Source: an uncultured Gemmatimonadales bacterium (GTDB lineage Bacteria; Gemmatimonadota; Gemmatimonadetes; Longimicrobiales; RSA9). From it: 64,000 nt of DNA. Within the stretch, counting starts at the first letter, position 1; each line of letters opens with the position of its first letter. Position numbers and translations under genes: made by a program. The DNA lies in NCBI GenBank assembly GCA_963816355.1, contig CAWFKH010000004.1, forward strand, positions 352,001 to 416,000, read 5' to 3'. This document shows positions 52,749-62,373 of the stretch, piece by piece. The notes under the pieces were generated by a model. It worked only from the letters and a program-made list of their open reading frames with translations. It did no database searches and was not told where the DNA came from.

Positions 52749-54481
52749 GGCATCTCCCCCCTGTCCGCCTCGCTCCACGACTCCAGCCCCGCCAGCTCGC
52801 CCGGGTCGCGGCCCAGCGCGCGCAGCCGCTCCGCACCCGCCGAGATCGCCGCGTACGCCGCCGCCGACCGCGCCAGCCGCGCGCGCGTCTCCGCCGCCGC
52901 GGCGTCGAGCAGCTCCACCACCGTCGCCAGGCCGCCGTCATACTTGCGGGCCACGATCCGATGCGCCTCCGCCGCCTGCGCGACGCCGCGCTCCGCGATC
53001 TCCAGCCTCCGCAACGCGACGCGCACGTCGCTCCCCGTCCGCTCCCGCTCCAACGCCGCTCCCGCGGCCGCTGCGTCCGCCCGCGCCTCCGCCGCCTCCG
53101 CCCTGCCCCGCGCCCGCCGCAGCGCCGCCGCCTGCGCACCCCCCGCCAGCGGCGTCCACGTCACCAACACCCCCGCCGTCCAGCTCTCCGGGCCCGCGAA
53201 CACGCCCCTCGCCGAGTACCAGTCGTAGCGACCGAACGCGTTCACGCGGGGCAGCCACTGCGCCCGCGCGCGACGCACGTCGAGCCGCGCCGAGGAAGCC
53301 CCCAGCCGCGCCGCCCGGACGTCCGCCCGCGCCCCCGCTTCCGCCGCCGTTCGCGCCGCCGCGTCCGCCGCCGCGTCCGCCGCCGCGTCCACTGCGTCCG
53401 CCGCCGCGTCCACTGCCGCGTCCACCGCCGCGTCTGCCGCGTCCGCCGCCGCCGTCTCCGCCACCAGTCCCGCCACGCGCCCGCGCACCGCCGCGCCACT
53501 CGGCAGAGCCGCCGGCAACGCGTACGACGACGCCGGCTCTCCCAACAGCGTCGCGAGCCCGCGCCGCGCCAGCGCCGCGTCGCTCGCCGCCGCGATCGCC
53601 TCAGCGTCGACCTCCCCCGCCTTCACCGACGCCAGCAGCGCGTCCGAACGCGTCACCAGGCCCTGCTCCACCAGCGACTCCGCCTGCCCCACGTGCCGGT
53701 GCGCCGCGCGCGCCGCCGCGTCCAGCGTGCCGACCTTCTCTTCCGCCAGCAGAACGCCGAAGTAAGCCCGCACCACCTCCGCCCGCGTCGAGAGCCGCGC
53801 CCACGCCTCCGAATTCCGCGCCGCCTCCACCGCCCGCGACGCCGCCGCACGGCCCAGCCAGACGTCTGCGTTCACCACCGGCTGCTCCACCACCACCGCC
53901 CCCGCGTAGCCCGGCGTCGCCTCCGGGTGGTTCAGCCGCGCCGGGTCGAACGCCGCCTCCGTGACCGACCGCTGCCGCAGCAGCGTGCCGAAGACGCCGA
54001 TCGGATCCGTCGTCCGCACGTAGCCGCCCTCCACCCGCACGGCCGGCAGCATCCCCCGCAGCGCCTCCACCGCATCCGCCGACCGCTCCACCGTCGCCCC
54101 CGCCGCGATCCGGTTGCCGTACGCACCCGCCTCCGCACGCCGCAACGCTTCCTCCAGCCCCAGCCGCTCCGCGACCCCGGCGCGTGCCCGCGACACCGCC
54201 GCCGCCGCAGCCGCCGCCGCACCCGCAGCCGGCGCCGCACCCATTACTGTCGGCGCACCCGCCACCGCAGACGGCTCCGCCGCCGCCGGCTCCTGCGCCG
54301 CCGCCCGCTCCACCGTCATCAGGCACAGCGCCGCTACCGCGCTCGCAACGATCGCCGCTCCAGCTCGCACCGCGATCACCGCCCCGGCTCCCGGCACGAT
54401 CGCCGCCCCCGCTCTCGCCGCGATCACCGTCCCCGCTCCCGCTCCCGCGGCATTCGCCGCCTCCGCCTGTCGCTGCCGCAT
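52745..54481 (-). CDS. TolC family outer membrane efflux protein
   Basis: LEEALRRA, VVRAYFGVLLA, RADVRAA, WLPRVNAFG, KYDGGLATVVELLDA. Start uncertain. Confidence 0.92.
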   Translation of the reverse strand: MRQRQAEAANAAGAGAGTVIAARAGAAIVPGAGAVIAVRAGAAIVASAVAALCLMTVERAAAQEPAAAEPSAVAGAPTVMGAAPAAGAAAAAAAAVSRARAGVAERLGLEEALRRAEAGAYGNRIAAGATVERSADAVEALRGMLPAVRVEGGYVRTTDPIGVFGTLLRQRSVTEAAFDPARLNHPEATPGYAGAVVVEQPVVNADVWLGRAAASRAVEAARNSEAWARLSTRAEVVRAYFGVLLAEEKVGTLDAAARAAHRHVGQAESLVEQGLVTRSDALLASVKAGEVDAEAIAAASDAALARRGLATLLGEPASSYALPAALPSGAAVRGRVAGLVAETAAADAADAAVDAAVDAAADAVDAAADAAADAAARTAAEAGARADVRAARLGASSARLDVRRARAQWLPRVNAFGRYDWYSARGVFAGPESWTAGVLVTWTPLAGGAQAAALRRARGRAEAAEARADAAAAGAALERERTGSDVRVALRRLEIAERGVAQAAEAHRIVARKYDGGLATVVELLDAAAAETRARLARSAAAYAAISAGAERLRALGRDPGELAGLESWSEADRGEMP

Positions 54482-54527
54482 CGCGTTCCGTCCGCTCCGG
54501 TTCCGGTTCGAGTCCCGCGCATGAAAT

Positions 54528-54547
54528 AACTACATGGTTATGTAGTT
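54528..54547. promoter_or_regulatory. Perfect AT-rich operator palindrome in the efflux operon promoter
   Basis: AACTACAT-GGTT-ATGTAGTT, immediately downstream of a TTGACC -35-like hexamer on the minus strand. Confidence 0.75.
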
Positions 54548-54921
54548 GAGGTCAAGGGCCGGGCAGGGAGGTCTCGGAGGGGACGGAGGTCTCGGAGGGT
54601 GGAGGGGGCGGAGGTCGCGGAGGGACTGCGTGTCACGGAGGGGGTCGGAGGGGCGGAGAACGCGGAGGCCTGCGCTGGGGGACTGCGAGTGGGGGCGGCG
54701 GGGGCGCGGGCGGAGGACGGGCGGTCGCCGGCCATCGTGCCGGGCGGGTCGGGGGTCGCCGGGGGTGGGGCGCGTCGGGGCCTGCCGGTGGGTGGGGGCG
54801 GCCTCCCCGGTGGGCGGGGCCGGCCTCCCCGGTGGCGGGGCGAGGCGGCCTCCCCGGAGGTGGGGGCGGAGCGGCCTCGCGCCCGGCCACGCCTCCACTC
54901 AGTCCTTCCTCGCTTCACGCC

Positions 54922-56127
54922 TCAACCGGTTCTCCGCGCCCTCCGACGCTCCGTGCCTTCCGTGACGAGCCGTTCCTCCGTGCTCTCCGCGCTCTCGCGC
55001 CGGACCTCGCTCCGCTGCTCGGCCCGCTCCGACGCCTCGCTCCGCGTCCTCGTCCGGACGGCGCGCGCCACGCGTTCGGCGTCGCGGCCCACGCCGTGGA
55101 TCATGCCGGAGGACAGCGCGTGCAGGAAGTGGAGGCCGACGAAGAAGAGGCCGGGCCGGGCGTCGACGATGCCGCTGCGGTGGTCCGGATCGCCGTCGCG
55201 GAAGACGGGCAGGTCGATCCAGTCGAAGCCGGGTCGGAAGCCGGTGCACCACACGATGTTGGCGACGTCGAGCGCGCGTCCGTCCTCGAGCAGGGGCCGG
55301 CCGTCGCGCGCCCCGCCGGTGCGCGGCACGCGGCGCACGCCGGAACGGACGAGGTCCCGCTTCTTCACGCGGATCAGGGGGCCGCCCTTGTGGAGGATGG
55401 AGGGGCGCGCCTTGCGACCCAGCGGCGTTTTGACGGTGAGGACGCGATGGAAGAGGCCGCGCAGCACGAGCCGGACGAGGATGAGCCGCCCCGCGACGCC
55501 CTCGACGCGGAACGGGATCTCGCCGGTGTCGCGGCCGGACATCCAGACGTCGTGGAGCGGCGCCAGCTCGGTCGCGATCTCGGAGCCGGAGTTGCCGGCG
55601 CCGACGATCAGGACGGGCCCTTCGCGGAGCTGGCGCGGATTGCGGTAGTCGATCGAGTGGATCTGGACGATCGAGGGATCCAGCTCCGCGGCGAACGCGG
55701 GCACGTGCGGCTTCTGGAAGTCGGCCATGGCGACGACGACGTTCCCGGCCTCGATGCGGCGGCCGCCGGCGTCGACGACGAACGCGCCGCCGTCGTGCGT
55801 CAGCCGATCGACGCGCACGCCGGTGCGCACCGGCAGGTCGAAGCGCGCGGCGTACGCCTCGAGGTAGTCGGCCATCTCGTCCTTCGTGGCGAAATGGTGC
55901 GGCCGCGCGGGGAACGGCATGCCGTCCAGGCCGCTGAAGCGCGCGGGCGTGAAGAGCCGCAGCGAGTCCCACCGCTCCCGCCACACGTCGCCCACCCGCT
56001 CCCTGGCCTCGAGGATCACGAAGCGCACGCCCAGGCGGGAAAGATGGTAGCCGACCGAGAGGCCGGCCTGCCCGCCGCCGATCACCACCGCGTCGAATCG
56101 CTCCGCTCCCCGTACGCCGCTCGCCAT
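54922..56127 (-). CDS. Flavin-containing monooxygenase-like NAD(P)/FAD oxidoreductase
   Basis: VIGGGQAG, WRERWDSLRLFTP, HSIDYRNP, VGAGNSG, WCTGF; AAGGAGG RBS. Confidence 0.92.
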   Translation of the reverse strand: MASGVRGAERFDAVVIGGGQAGLSVGYHLSRLGVRFVILEARERVGDVWRERWDSLRLFTPARFSGLDGMPFPARPHHFATKDEMADYLEAYAARFDLPVRTGVRVDRLTHDGGAFVVDAGGRRIEAGNVVVAMADFQKPHVPAFAAELDPSIVQIHSIDYRNPRQLREGPVLIVGAGNSGSEIATELAPLHDVWMSGRDTGEIPFRVEGVAGRLILVRLVLRGLFHRVLTVKTPLGRKARPSILHKGGPLIRVKKRDLVRSGVRRVPRTGGARDGRPLLEDGRALDVANIVWCTGFRPGFDWIDLPVFRDGDPDHRSGIVDARPGLFFVGLHFLHALSSGMIHGVGRDAERVARAVRTRTRSEASERAEQRSEVRRESAESTEERLVTEGTERRRARRTG

Positions 56128-56287
56128 GTCCAGCCTCCTTCGCGTTCCGGTCTCCGCATCCTCCGAGGTCCGCCCGGCCGGGGCGCTGCGCCCTCGGCCC
56201 CTTCCGTACCTCAAAGATGCACGCTGCCCGCGCTCCCCGCTTCGGGCGAATCAACCAAATCCGCGGCGAGGCGCGGCGTGGGTGATT

Positions 56288-57946
56288 CTATGCAGGCGGG
56301 TGCTGGAGGTCGTGCTCGTAGGCGAACGCGGTGGCGGCGGCGCGCGAGGAGAGCCCGAGCTTGCCGAAGATGTTGGCGACGTGGCGGGCGACGGTCTTCT
56401 CGCTGATCGAGAGCACATCGGCGATCGCGCGGTTCGTCTTCCCGGTCGCGACGAGCGCCAGCACCTCGCGCTCGCGCGGGGTCAGGCCGTGGCGGTCGCG
56501 ACGCGGAGCGCGGCCGAGCGCCGCGTCGAGACGCGCGAGGTCGGGCGCGGCGCCGAGGCGCTCGAACGCCGCGCGCGCCGCTTCGACCTCGAGCGCGGCG
56601 CCGTCGTCGTCGCCCAGCTCGCGGCAGGCGCGGGCGATGAGCGAGCGCACGCGCGCGACGTCGTGCCGCGCGTCGAGCGCCTCCCACTCCCGGCACGCGC
56701 GGCGCAGCGGGGCGAGCGCGCCGGCCGCATCGCCCGCCGCCAGCGCGATCGCACCGGTCGCCTGCGCGACGACGGCGTCGAGCACGGCGCTCGCGCAGGA
56801 ACGCGCCACGTCCGCCAGCTCCGCGCGCGCACGGCGTGCCTCCTCGACGTCGCCGACGGCGAGCATGATCTCGACGTGGGCGGGGAGCAGCCGCACGCGC
56901 TTCAGGCGCTCGGTCGTCTCCGCGAGCGCGCGGCGGCTGGCGGCCGCGGCCGCGTCGTCGTCGCCCTGCGCCAGCCGCAGCAGCGCGAGCCCGGGCTGCG
57001 GCTCGTGGCCCGCTCGGCTCGCGGCGCGGTACGCCTCCTCGGCGGCCGCGAGCTCGCCGCGCAGCCGGTGCACCTCGGCCTGGAGGTAGAGGGCGATGCC
57101 GACGGCGCGCGGATCGGCGGCGACAGCGAGACGCTCCGCGGCGCGCTCCGCCTCCTCCAGGGCACCACTCCATTCGCCGCGAAGACGCAGGATCTCCGCG
57201 CGGTAGACGCGGCACTCGCCGGTGTAGGCGACCATGTCCGGCCGCCGCTCGCACCACTCGCTCAGGGCGGCCGTCCACTCGTGCGCCCGTCCGAAGGCCC
57301 ACACCTCGCGGCACGCGCTGATCACGCTGCAGTAGACGAGGCCGGTGACCTGCGGCGACAACTCGTCCGACATCACGCCGACCATCGCCTCGTCCAGCAA
57401 CGCGAGACCCGCGCTCACGTTACCCTGGCGCAACAACGCGCGCCCGTGCAGGTGCAGCGCGAGCGCGACCAGCTCGCGCTCGCCGAAGCGCTGGCCGATC
57501 GCGGCCGCTTCCGCGGCCAGCCGCGACGCCGCCTCGGTGTCGCCCGCCGCCAGCTGCTGCTGCCCCTCCGGCAACAACAGATAGCCGCGTTCCGCACACT
57601 CCCCCGCCTCACCTTCAAGCACCCGCGCCGCGCGGCCGAACCAGCCGCTCGCCTGCGCCATCTCCCCCCGCACCGCCAGGTGCAGCCCCAGCCAGAACGC
57701 GCACCGCGCCGCCGCCACCGCCTCACCCGCATCGAGTCGCGCCTGATGGCACTGCTGCGCCGCCCGCACGAACTCCCCTTCGCGGCCGATCAGGTACGAC
57801 GCGAGCGCCAGACGCCAGAAGTCCTCCGGCTCGAGCGACGCGGCCGCGCGCTCGCGCGCTTCCGCCAACGCCGCGTGCGCGCGCGCCCAGGCCCGGCCCT
57901 CGAACGCCTCGCGACCTTGCTGCAACACGGACCGGATCGAATCCAT
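56288..57946 (-). CDS. LuxR C-terminal HTH regulator with helical/TPR-like N-terminus
   Basis: GLTPREREVLALVATGKTNRAIA..L.ISEKTVARHVANIFGKLG. Confidence 0.93.
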   Translation of the reverse strand: MDSIRSVLQQGREAFEGRAWARAHAALAEARERAAASLEPEDFWRLALASYLIGREGEFVRAAQQCHQARLDAGEAVAAARCAFWLGLHLAVRGEMAQASGWFGRAARVLEGEAGECAERGYLLLPEGQQQLAAGDTEAASRLAAEAAAIGQRFGERELVALALHLHGRALLRQGNVSAGLALLDEAMVGVMSDELSPQVTGLVYCSVISACREVWAFGRAHEWTAALSEWCERRPDMVAYTGECRVYRAEILRLRGEWSGALEEAERAAERLAVAADPRAVGIALYLQAEVHRLRGELAAAEEAYRAASRAGHEPQPGLALLRLAQGDDDAAAAASRRALAETTERLKRVRLLPAHVEIMLAVGDVEEARRARAELADVARSCASAVLDAVVAQATGAIALAAGDAAGALAPLRRACREWEALDARHDVARVRSLIARACRELGDDDGAALEVEAARAAFERLGAAPDLARLDAALGRAPRRDRHGLTPREREVLALVATGKTNRAIADVLSISEKTVARHVANIFGKLGLSSRAAATAFAYEHDLQHPPA

Positions 57947-58039
57947 CGGGGCTCCGGCGGAGGAGGGATCGGAGTATGGACGATACGGGGGCGGCGAGGG
58001 GCGGAGCAACCTGGGGCCGGGGGAGGAGGGGGCGGAGGG

Positions 58040-58140
58040 CGGAGGGAGGAGGGGGCGGAGGATCGGAGGGAGGAGGGGGCGGAGGATCGGAGGGAGGAGG
58101 CGGCGGAGGATCGGAGGGAGGAGGGGCGGAGGATCGGAGA
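58040..58140. repeat. Purine-rich tandem repeats of about 24 bp
   Basis: GGAGGATCGGAGGGAGGAGG(G/C)GGC, about four copies. Confidence 0.85.
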
Positions 58141-58499
58141 GACTACTGGTCACGGAGGGAACGGAGGGTCGGAGGGCACGGAGGGATCCATTGCGCTCCT
58201 CGGTGTTCTGCGTGGGTCCAACCGGCGCGGGGAACGTCAACGCGCTCCCTCGCCGGACCCATCCGGCCGTGGGGCACGCTGGACCGCGCGCAGAGCGGTC
58301 CACTCCGCCCCTCGCCCGAAGCCGCACCCGCGCGGGGCCATTGCGACCGCGTCTCGGGCGGTCCGATCTGCCCCGGATCGGAAATGGCGGCGGGCGGGGG
58401 TGAGTTGACGGCGATTGCGGACGGCGCGGAGCGGCCGGCGATCTCCTTGCGTTCGCCGGCGCACCCGGAGCAACTTGCGTCCTCCCTGCAAGGAGGCGA

Positions 58500-59069
58500 A
58501 TGAGTACGCGACTCCCCGTGCGGCTGAGGGTCAACGGCGTCGAGCGCGAAGCGACGGTCGAGCCCCGCCTGCTCCTGAGTGACTTCCTGCGCGTCGAGCT
58601 GGGTCTGACCGGCACCCACGTCGGCTGCGAACACGGCGTCTGTGGCGCGTGCACGGTCCTGCTCGATGGCGAGGCGGTTCGCTCGTGCCTTCTGTTCGCG
58701 GTGCAGGCGGCGGGACACGACGTCGCGACCGTCGAGGGGCTCGCGCCCGGCGGTGAGGCGGCGCTGCACCCGCTCCAGGCGGCGTTCCGCGAGGCGCACG
58801 CGCTCCAGTGCGGCTTCTGCACGCCCGGCATCCTCATGACGGTCCTGCCGTTCCTGCGCGAGAACCCCGATCCGACGCCGGCCGAGATCCGCGCCGCGCT
58901 CTCCGGCAACCTCTGCCGCTGCACCGGCTACAACAACATCGTCGAGGCGGTGGCGCTCGCCGCGCGTACGGCGCGAGGCGAGGAAGCCGCGCCCGCCGCG
59001 GATGCGTCCGCCGCGGATGCGTCCGCCGGCAGCGCGAGCGCGTGGCCGAACGCGGCGGGCGCCGCGTGA
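58500..59069 (+). CDS. Molybdenum hydroxylase small (2Fe-2S) subunit, CoxS/CutS-like
   Basis: GCEHGVCGAC..RSC; QCGFC; NLCRCTGY; AGGAGG RBS. Confidence 0.96.
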   Translation: MSTRLPVRLRVNGVEREATVEPRLLLSDFLRVELGLTGTHVGCEHGVCGACTVLLDGEAVRSCLLFAVQAAGHDVATVEGLAPGGEAALHPLQAAFREAHALQCGFCTPGILMTVLPFLRENPDPTPAEIRAALSGNLCRCTGYNNIVEAVALAARTARGEEAAPAADASAADASAGSASAWPNAAGAA

Positions 59070-61474
59070 GCGAGCGCTACTTCGGCCGTCGCGTCCTGCG
59101 CAACGAGGACCCGCGGCTGCTGACGGGCGGCGCGCTCTTCGTGGACGACGTGCGGCTGCCCGGCATGCTGCACGTCGCCTTCGTGCGGAGCACGCATGCG
59201 CACGCGCGCCTCCGCGGCATCGACACGGCCGCCGCCGCGCGCCGGCCGGGCGTCGTGGGGGTCTTCGCGGCCGGGGACCTGGGCGACTTCTGCAGGCCGG
59301 GCCCGCTGCTCGTGCACCCGCCGCCGGTCGCGGACCACGTCTTCCACGCGCGCACCCAGACGCCGCTCGCGCACGGCAAGGTGCGGCACGTCGGCGAGGC
59401 GATCGCGATGGTGGTGGCGGAGAGCCGCTACCTGGCGGAGGACGCGGCGGAGGACGTCCACGTCGACTACGAGCCGCTGGCCGCGGTGGTCGACATCGAG
59501 CGCGCGCTGGAGCCGGGGACGCCCCTCGTCCACGAGGACCTCGCGTCGAACCTCGCGGCGCACGTGCGGCAGACGAAGGGGGACTACGACGCCGCGCGCG
59601 CGGAGGCGGACGTCGTCATCGCGCGTCGCCTGCGCTACGACCGCGGCTGTTCGGCGGCGATCGAGAACCGCGCCGTCGTCGCCCAGTGGGACGCGAGCCA
59701 GCGGGAGCTGACGGTGTGGGACACGACGCAGGCGCCGATCCCGATCCGCAACGGCCTCGCCCGCATGCTCGCTCTGTCGGAGTCGGAGGTGCGCGTCGTC
59801 GCGCCGTTCGTGGGCGGCGGCTTCGGTCCGAAGATCATGATGTTCTACCCGGAGGAGCAGCTGGTGCCGTGGCTCGCGCTGCGCCTGGGGCGGCCGGTGA
59901 AGTGGGCGGAGGACCGCTCGGAGAATTTCTTCGCGACGACGCAGGAGCGGGGGCAGACGCACGACGCCGAGATCGCGCTGGCGAGCGACGGCCGGATCCT
60001 GGGCGTGCGCGACCGTTTCCTCCACGACACCGGCGCCTACGACCCGTACGGCCTCACCGTCCCGATCAACAGCCAGTGCACGCTTCTGGGGCCGTACGAG
60101 GTGCCCAGCTACGACAGCGAGTTCCGCGTCGTCTTCACGAACAAGACGCTCGTCACGCCGGTGCGCGGCGCCGGCCGCCAGCACGGCGTGTTCGTCATGG
60201 AGCGGCTGCTCGACCTCGCGGCGCGCGAGCTGGCGCTCGACCCCCTCGAGATCCGCCGCCGCAACTTCCTGCCGCCGGCCGCGTTCCCCGTCGACCACGG
60301 CATCCTCTACCAGGACAGCGCGCCGCTCTACTACGACAGCGGCGACTACGAGCCGGCGCTCGCGCGCGCGGCCGAGATGATCGACTACGACGGCTTCGTG
60401 AAGGAGGAGCGGCCGCGGGCGCGCGCCGCCGGCCGCCACGTCGGCGTCGGCGTCGTCTCCTACATCGAGGGGACGGGCATCGGGCCGTACGAGGGCGCGC
60501 GCGTGCGGGTGGAGAGCGACGGCCGCGTCTCCGTGACGACGGGCGTCGGGACGCAGGGGCAGGGGCACTTCACCAGTTTCGCGCAGATCGTCGCCGACCA
60601 GGTGGGCGTGCGCGTCGAGGACGTGCGCGTCGTCACGGGCGACACGCGCGCGTTCGACTGGGGGACGGGCACCTTCGCCAGCCGCGGCGCGGTCGTGGCC
60701 GGCAACGCGTGCCACGCCGCGGCGATCGCGGTGCGCGAGAAGATCCTCCGGCTGGCGTCGCAGGTGCTCGAAGCGGCCCCGGAGGACCTCGAACTGGCGC
60801 ACGGGCGCGTGGCCGTGCGGGGCGCGCCGGCGCGCTCGCTCGAGCTCGCCGAGCTCGCCGTGCGCGCCAACCCGCTGCGCGGCGCGGTGACGCCCGGCAC
60901 CGAGCCGGGGCTCGAGGCGACCGCCTACTTCGGCCCGGCGCGCGGCGCGACCGCGAGCGGCGTGCACGCGATGATCGTCGAGGTCGACGCGGAGACCGCG
61001 ACGCTCGCGATCCGCCGCTACGTGGTGGTGCACGACTGCGGCCGCGTCATCAACCCGATGATCGTCGAGGGTCAGATCCACGGCGGCGTCGCGCACGGCA
61101 TCGGCAACGCGTTCTACGAGCAGCTCGTCTACGACGACAACGGCCAGCTCCTCACCGCCTCGTTCATGGACTACCTGCTGCCGACTTCGCTCGACGTGCC
61201 GCCGATCGAGACGGCGCACATCGAGACCCCCTCGCCGCTCAACCCGCTGGGCACGAAGGGCGTCGGCGAGGCGGGCGCGATCCCGGTCGGCGCACTGTTC
61301 GCGCAGGCGATCGAGGACGCGCTCGCCATCGACGGGCTCGAGATCCTCGAAATGCCGCTCTCGCCCGGCCGCCTCTTCGAGCTGATCCGCGAGGCGCGCC
61401 GGCGCGGCGAGGCGGCGACGTCGCTCGAAGCGGACGGCGCGGCCGCGCCCGACGCGGCGCCGACGCCGCCGTGA
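59066..61474 (+). CDS. Xanthine dehydrogenase family molybdopterin-binding large subunit
   Basis: EDPRLLTG, GGGFGPK, PVRGAGR, GQGH.T, FASRG, DCGRVINP, KGVGE. Confidence 0.96.
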   Translation: MSERYFGRRVLRNEDPRLLTGGALFVDDVRLPGMLHVAFVRSTHAHARLRGIDTAAAARRPGVVGVFAAGDLGDFCRPGPLLVHPPPVADHVFHARTQTPLAHGKVRHVGEAIAMVVAESRYLAEDAAEDVHVDYEPLAAVVDIERALEPGTPLVHEDLASNLAAHVRQTKGDYDAARAEADVVIARRLRYDRGCSAAIENRAVVAQWDASQRELTVWDTTQAPIPIRNGLARMLALSESEVRVVAPFVGGGFGPKIMMFYPEEQLVPWLALRLGRPVKWAEDRSENFFATTQERGQTHDAEIALASDGRILGVRDRFLHDTGAYDPYGLTVPINSQCTLLGPYEVPSYDSEFRVVFTNKTLVTPVRGAGRQHGVFVMERLLDLAARELALDPLEIRRRNFLPPAAFPVDHGILYQDSAPLYYDSGDYEPALARAAEMIDYDGFVKEERPRARAAGRHVGVGVVSYIEGTGIGPYEGARVRVESDGRVSVTTGVGTQGQGHFTSFAQIVADQVGVRVEDVRVVTGDTRAFDWGTGTFASRGAVVAGNACHAAAIAVREKILRLASQVLEAAPEDLELAHGRVAVRGAPARSLELAELAVRANPLRGAVTPGTEPGLEATAYFGPARGATASGVHAMIVEVDAETATLAIRRYVVVHDCGRVINPMIVEGQIHGGVAHGIGNAFYEQLVYDDNGQLLTASFMDYLLPTSLDVPPIETAHIETPSPLNPLGTKGVGEAGAIPVGALFAQAIEDALAIDGLEILEMPLSPGRLFELIREARRRGEAATSLEADGAAAPDAAPTPP

Positions 61475-62373
61475 AGCCGCCGCCGTTCGAGTATTTCGCG
61501 CCCGCCACGCTCGAGGAGGCGCTGGCGCTGCTCGCCGAGCACGGCGACGACGCCCGTCCGCTCGCCGGCGGTCAGAGCCTCGTGCCGCTGATGAACTTCC
61601 GCCTCGCCCGGCCGGCGGTCCTGGTCGACCTCAACCGCGTCGCCGGCCTCGACGGCATCGAGGCCGCGGGCGAAGGTCTGCGGATCGGCGCGCTCGCGCG
61701 GCAGCGCGCCGCCGAGCGCAGCGACCTCGTCGCCGAGCGCGCGCCGCTGCTCGCCGAGGCGCTGCCGCACGTCGCCCACCCGCAGATCCGCAACCGCGGC
61801 ACCGTCGGCGGCAGCATCGCGCACGCCGACCCCGCCGCGGAGCTGCCCGCCGTCGCGCTCGCGCTCGAGGCGACGCTGCGGCTGCGGAGCGCGGCGGCCG
61901 AGCGCGGCGTCGTCGCGCGCGACTTCTTCACCGGCCTCTTCGCCACCGCCCTCGAGCCGGGCGAGCTGCTGGTCGCCATGGAGGTGCCGGCACTGCCCGA
62001 AGGCGCCGGCTGCGCCTTCGACGAGGTCGCGCGCCGCCACGGCGATTACGCGCTCCTCGGCGTCGCGGCCGTCGTCGCGCTCGACGCCGCGGGCGCCTGC
62101 CAGCAGGCGCGCCTCGCCTACGTCAACGCCGGCCGCGGACCGCTGCGCGCGCCGCGAGCCGAAGCCGCGCTGGTGGGCGAGCGGCTGCGGCCCGCCGTCC
62201 TGCGCGCGGCGGCGGAGACCGCGGCCGGCGAGCTGCGTCCCGGCGCCGACGTGCACGCCTCCGCCGAGTACCGCCGCCACCTGGCGCGCGTGCTGACGGA
62301 GCGCGTTCTGGCGCGCGCCGTCGAGCGGGCGCGCGCCGTCGAGCGGGCGCGCGAGCCGGGAGCGCCGCGATGA
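61471..62373 (+). CDS. Molybdenum hydroxylase FAD-binding medium subunit, CoxM/CutM-like
   Basis: KPPPFEY, LAGGQSLVPLMNFRL, QIRNRGTVGGS.AHADPAAE, RRHGDYA. Confidence 0.95.
   Translation: MKPPPFEYFAPATLEEALALLAEHGDDARPLAGGQSLVPLMNFRLARPAVLVDLNRVAGLDGIEAAGEGLRIGALARQRAAERSDLVAERAPLLAEALPHVAHPQIRNRGTVGGSIAHADPAAELPAVALALEATLRLRSAAAERGVVARDFFTGLFATALEPGELLVAMEVPALPEGAGCAFDEVARRHGDYALLGVAAVVALDAAGACQQARLAYVNAGRGPLRAPRAEAALVGERLRPAVLRAAAETAAGELRPGADVHASAEYRRHLARVLTERVLARAVERARAVERAREPGAPR

Noticed and set aside
57947..58924. 325-aa N-terminal extension of the LuxR ORF
   Set aside because: It runs through the purine-rich repeats and antisense to the 2Fe-2S gene. The ATG at 57946 with a GGAG RBS is the plausible start.
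59066..61474. Aerobic CO dehydrogenase (coxL) call
   Set aside because: It lacks the AYxCSFR Cu-binding loop, the order is S-L-M, and it is linked to an NCS1 permease.
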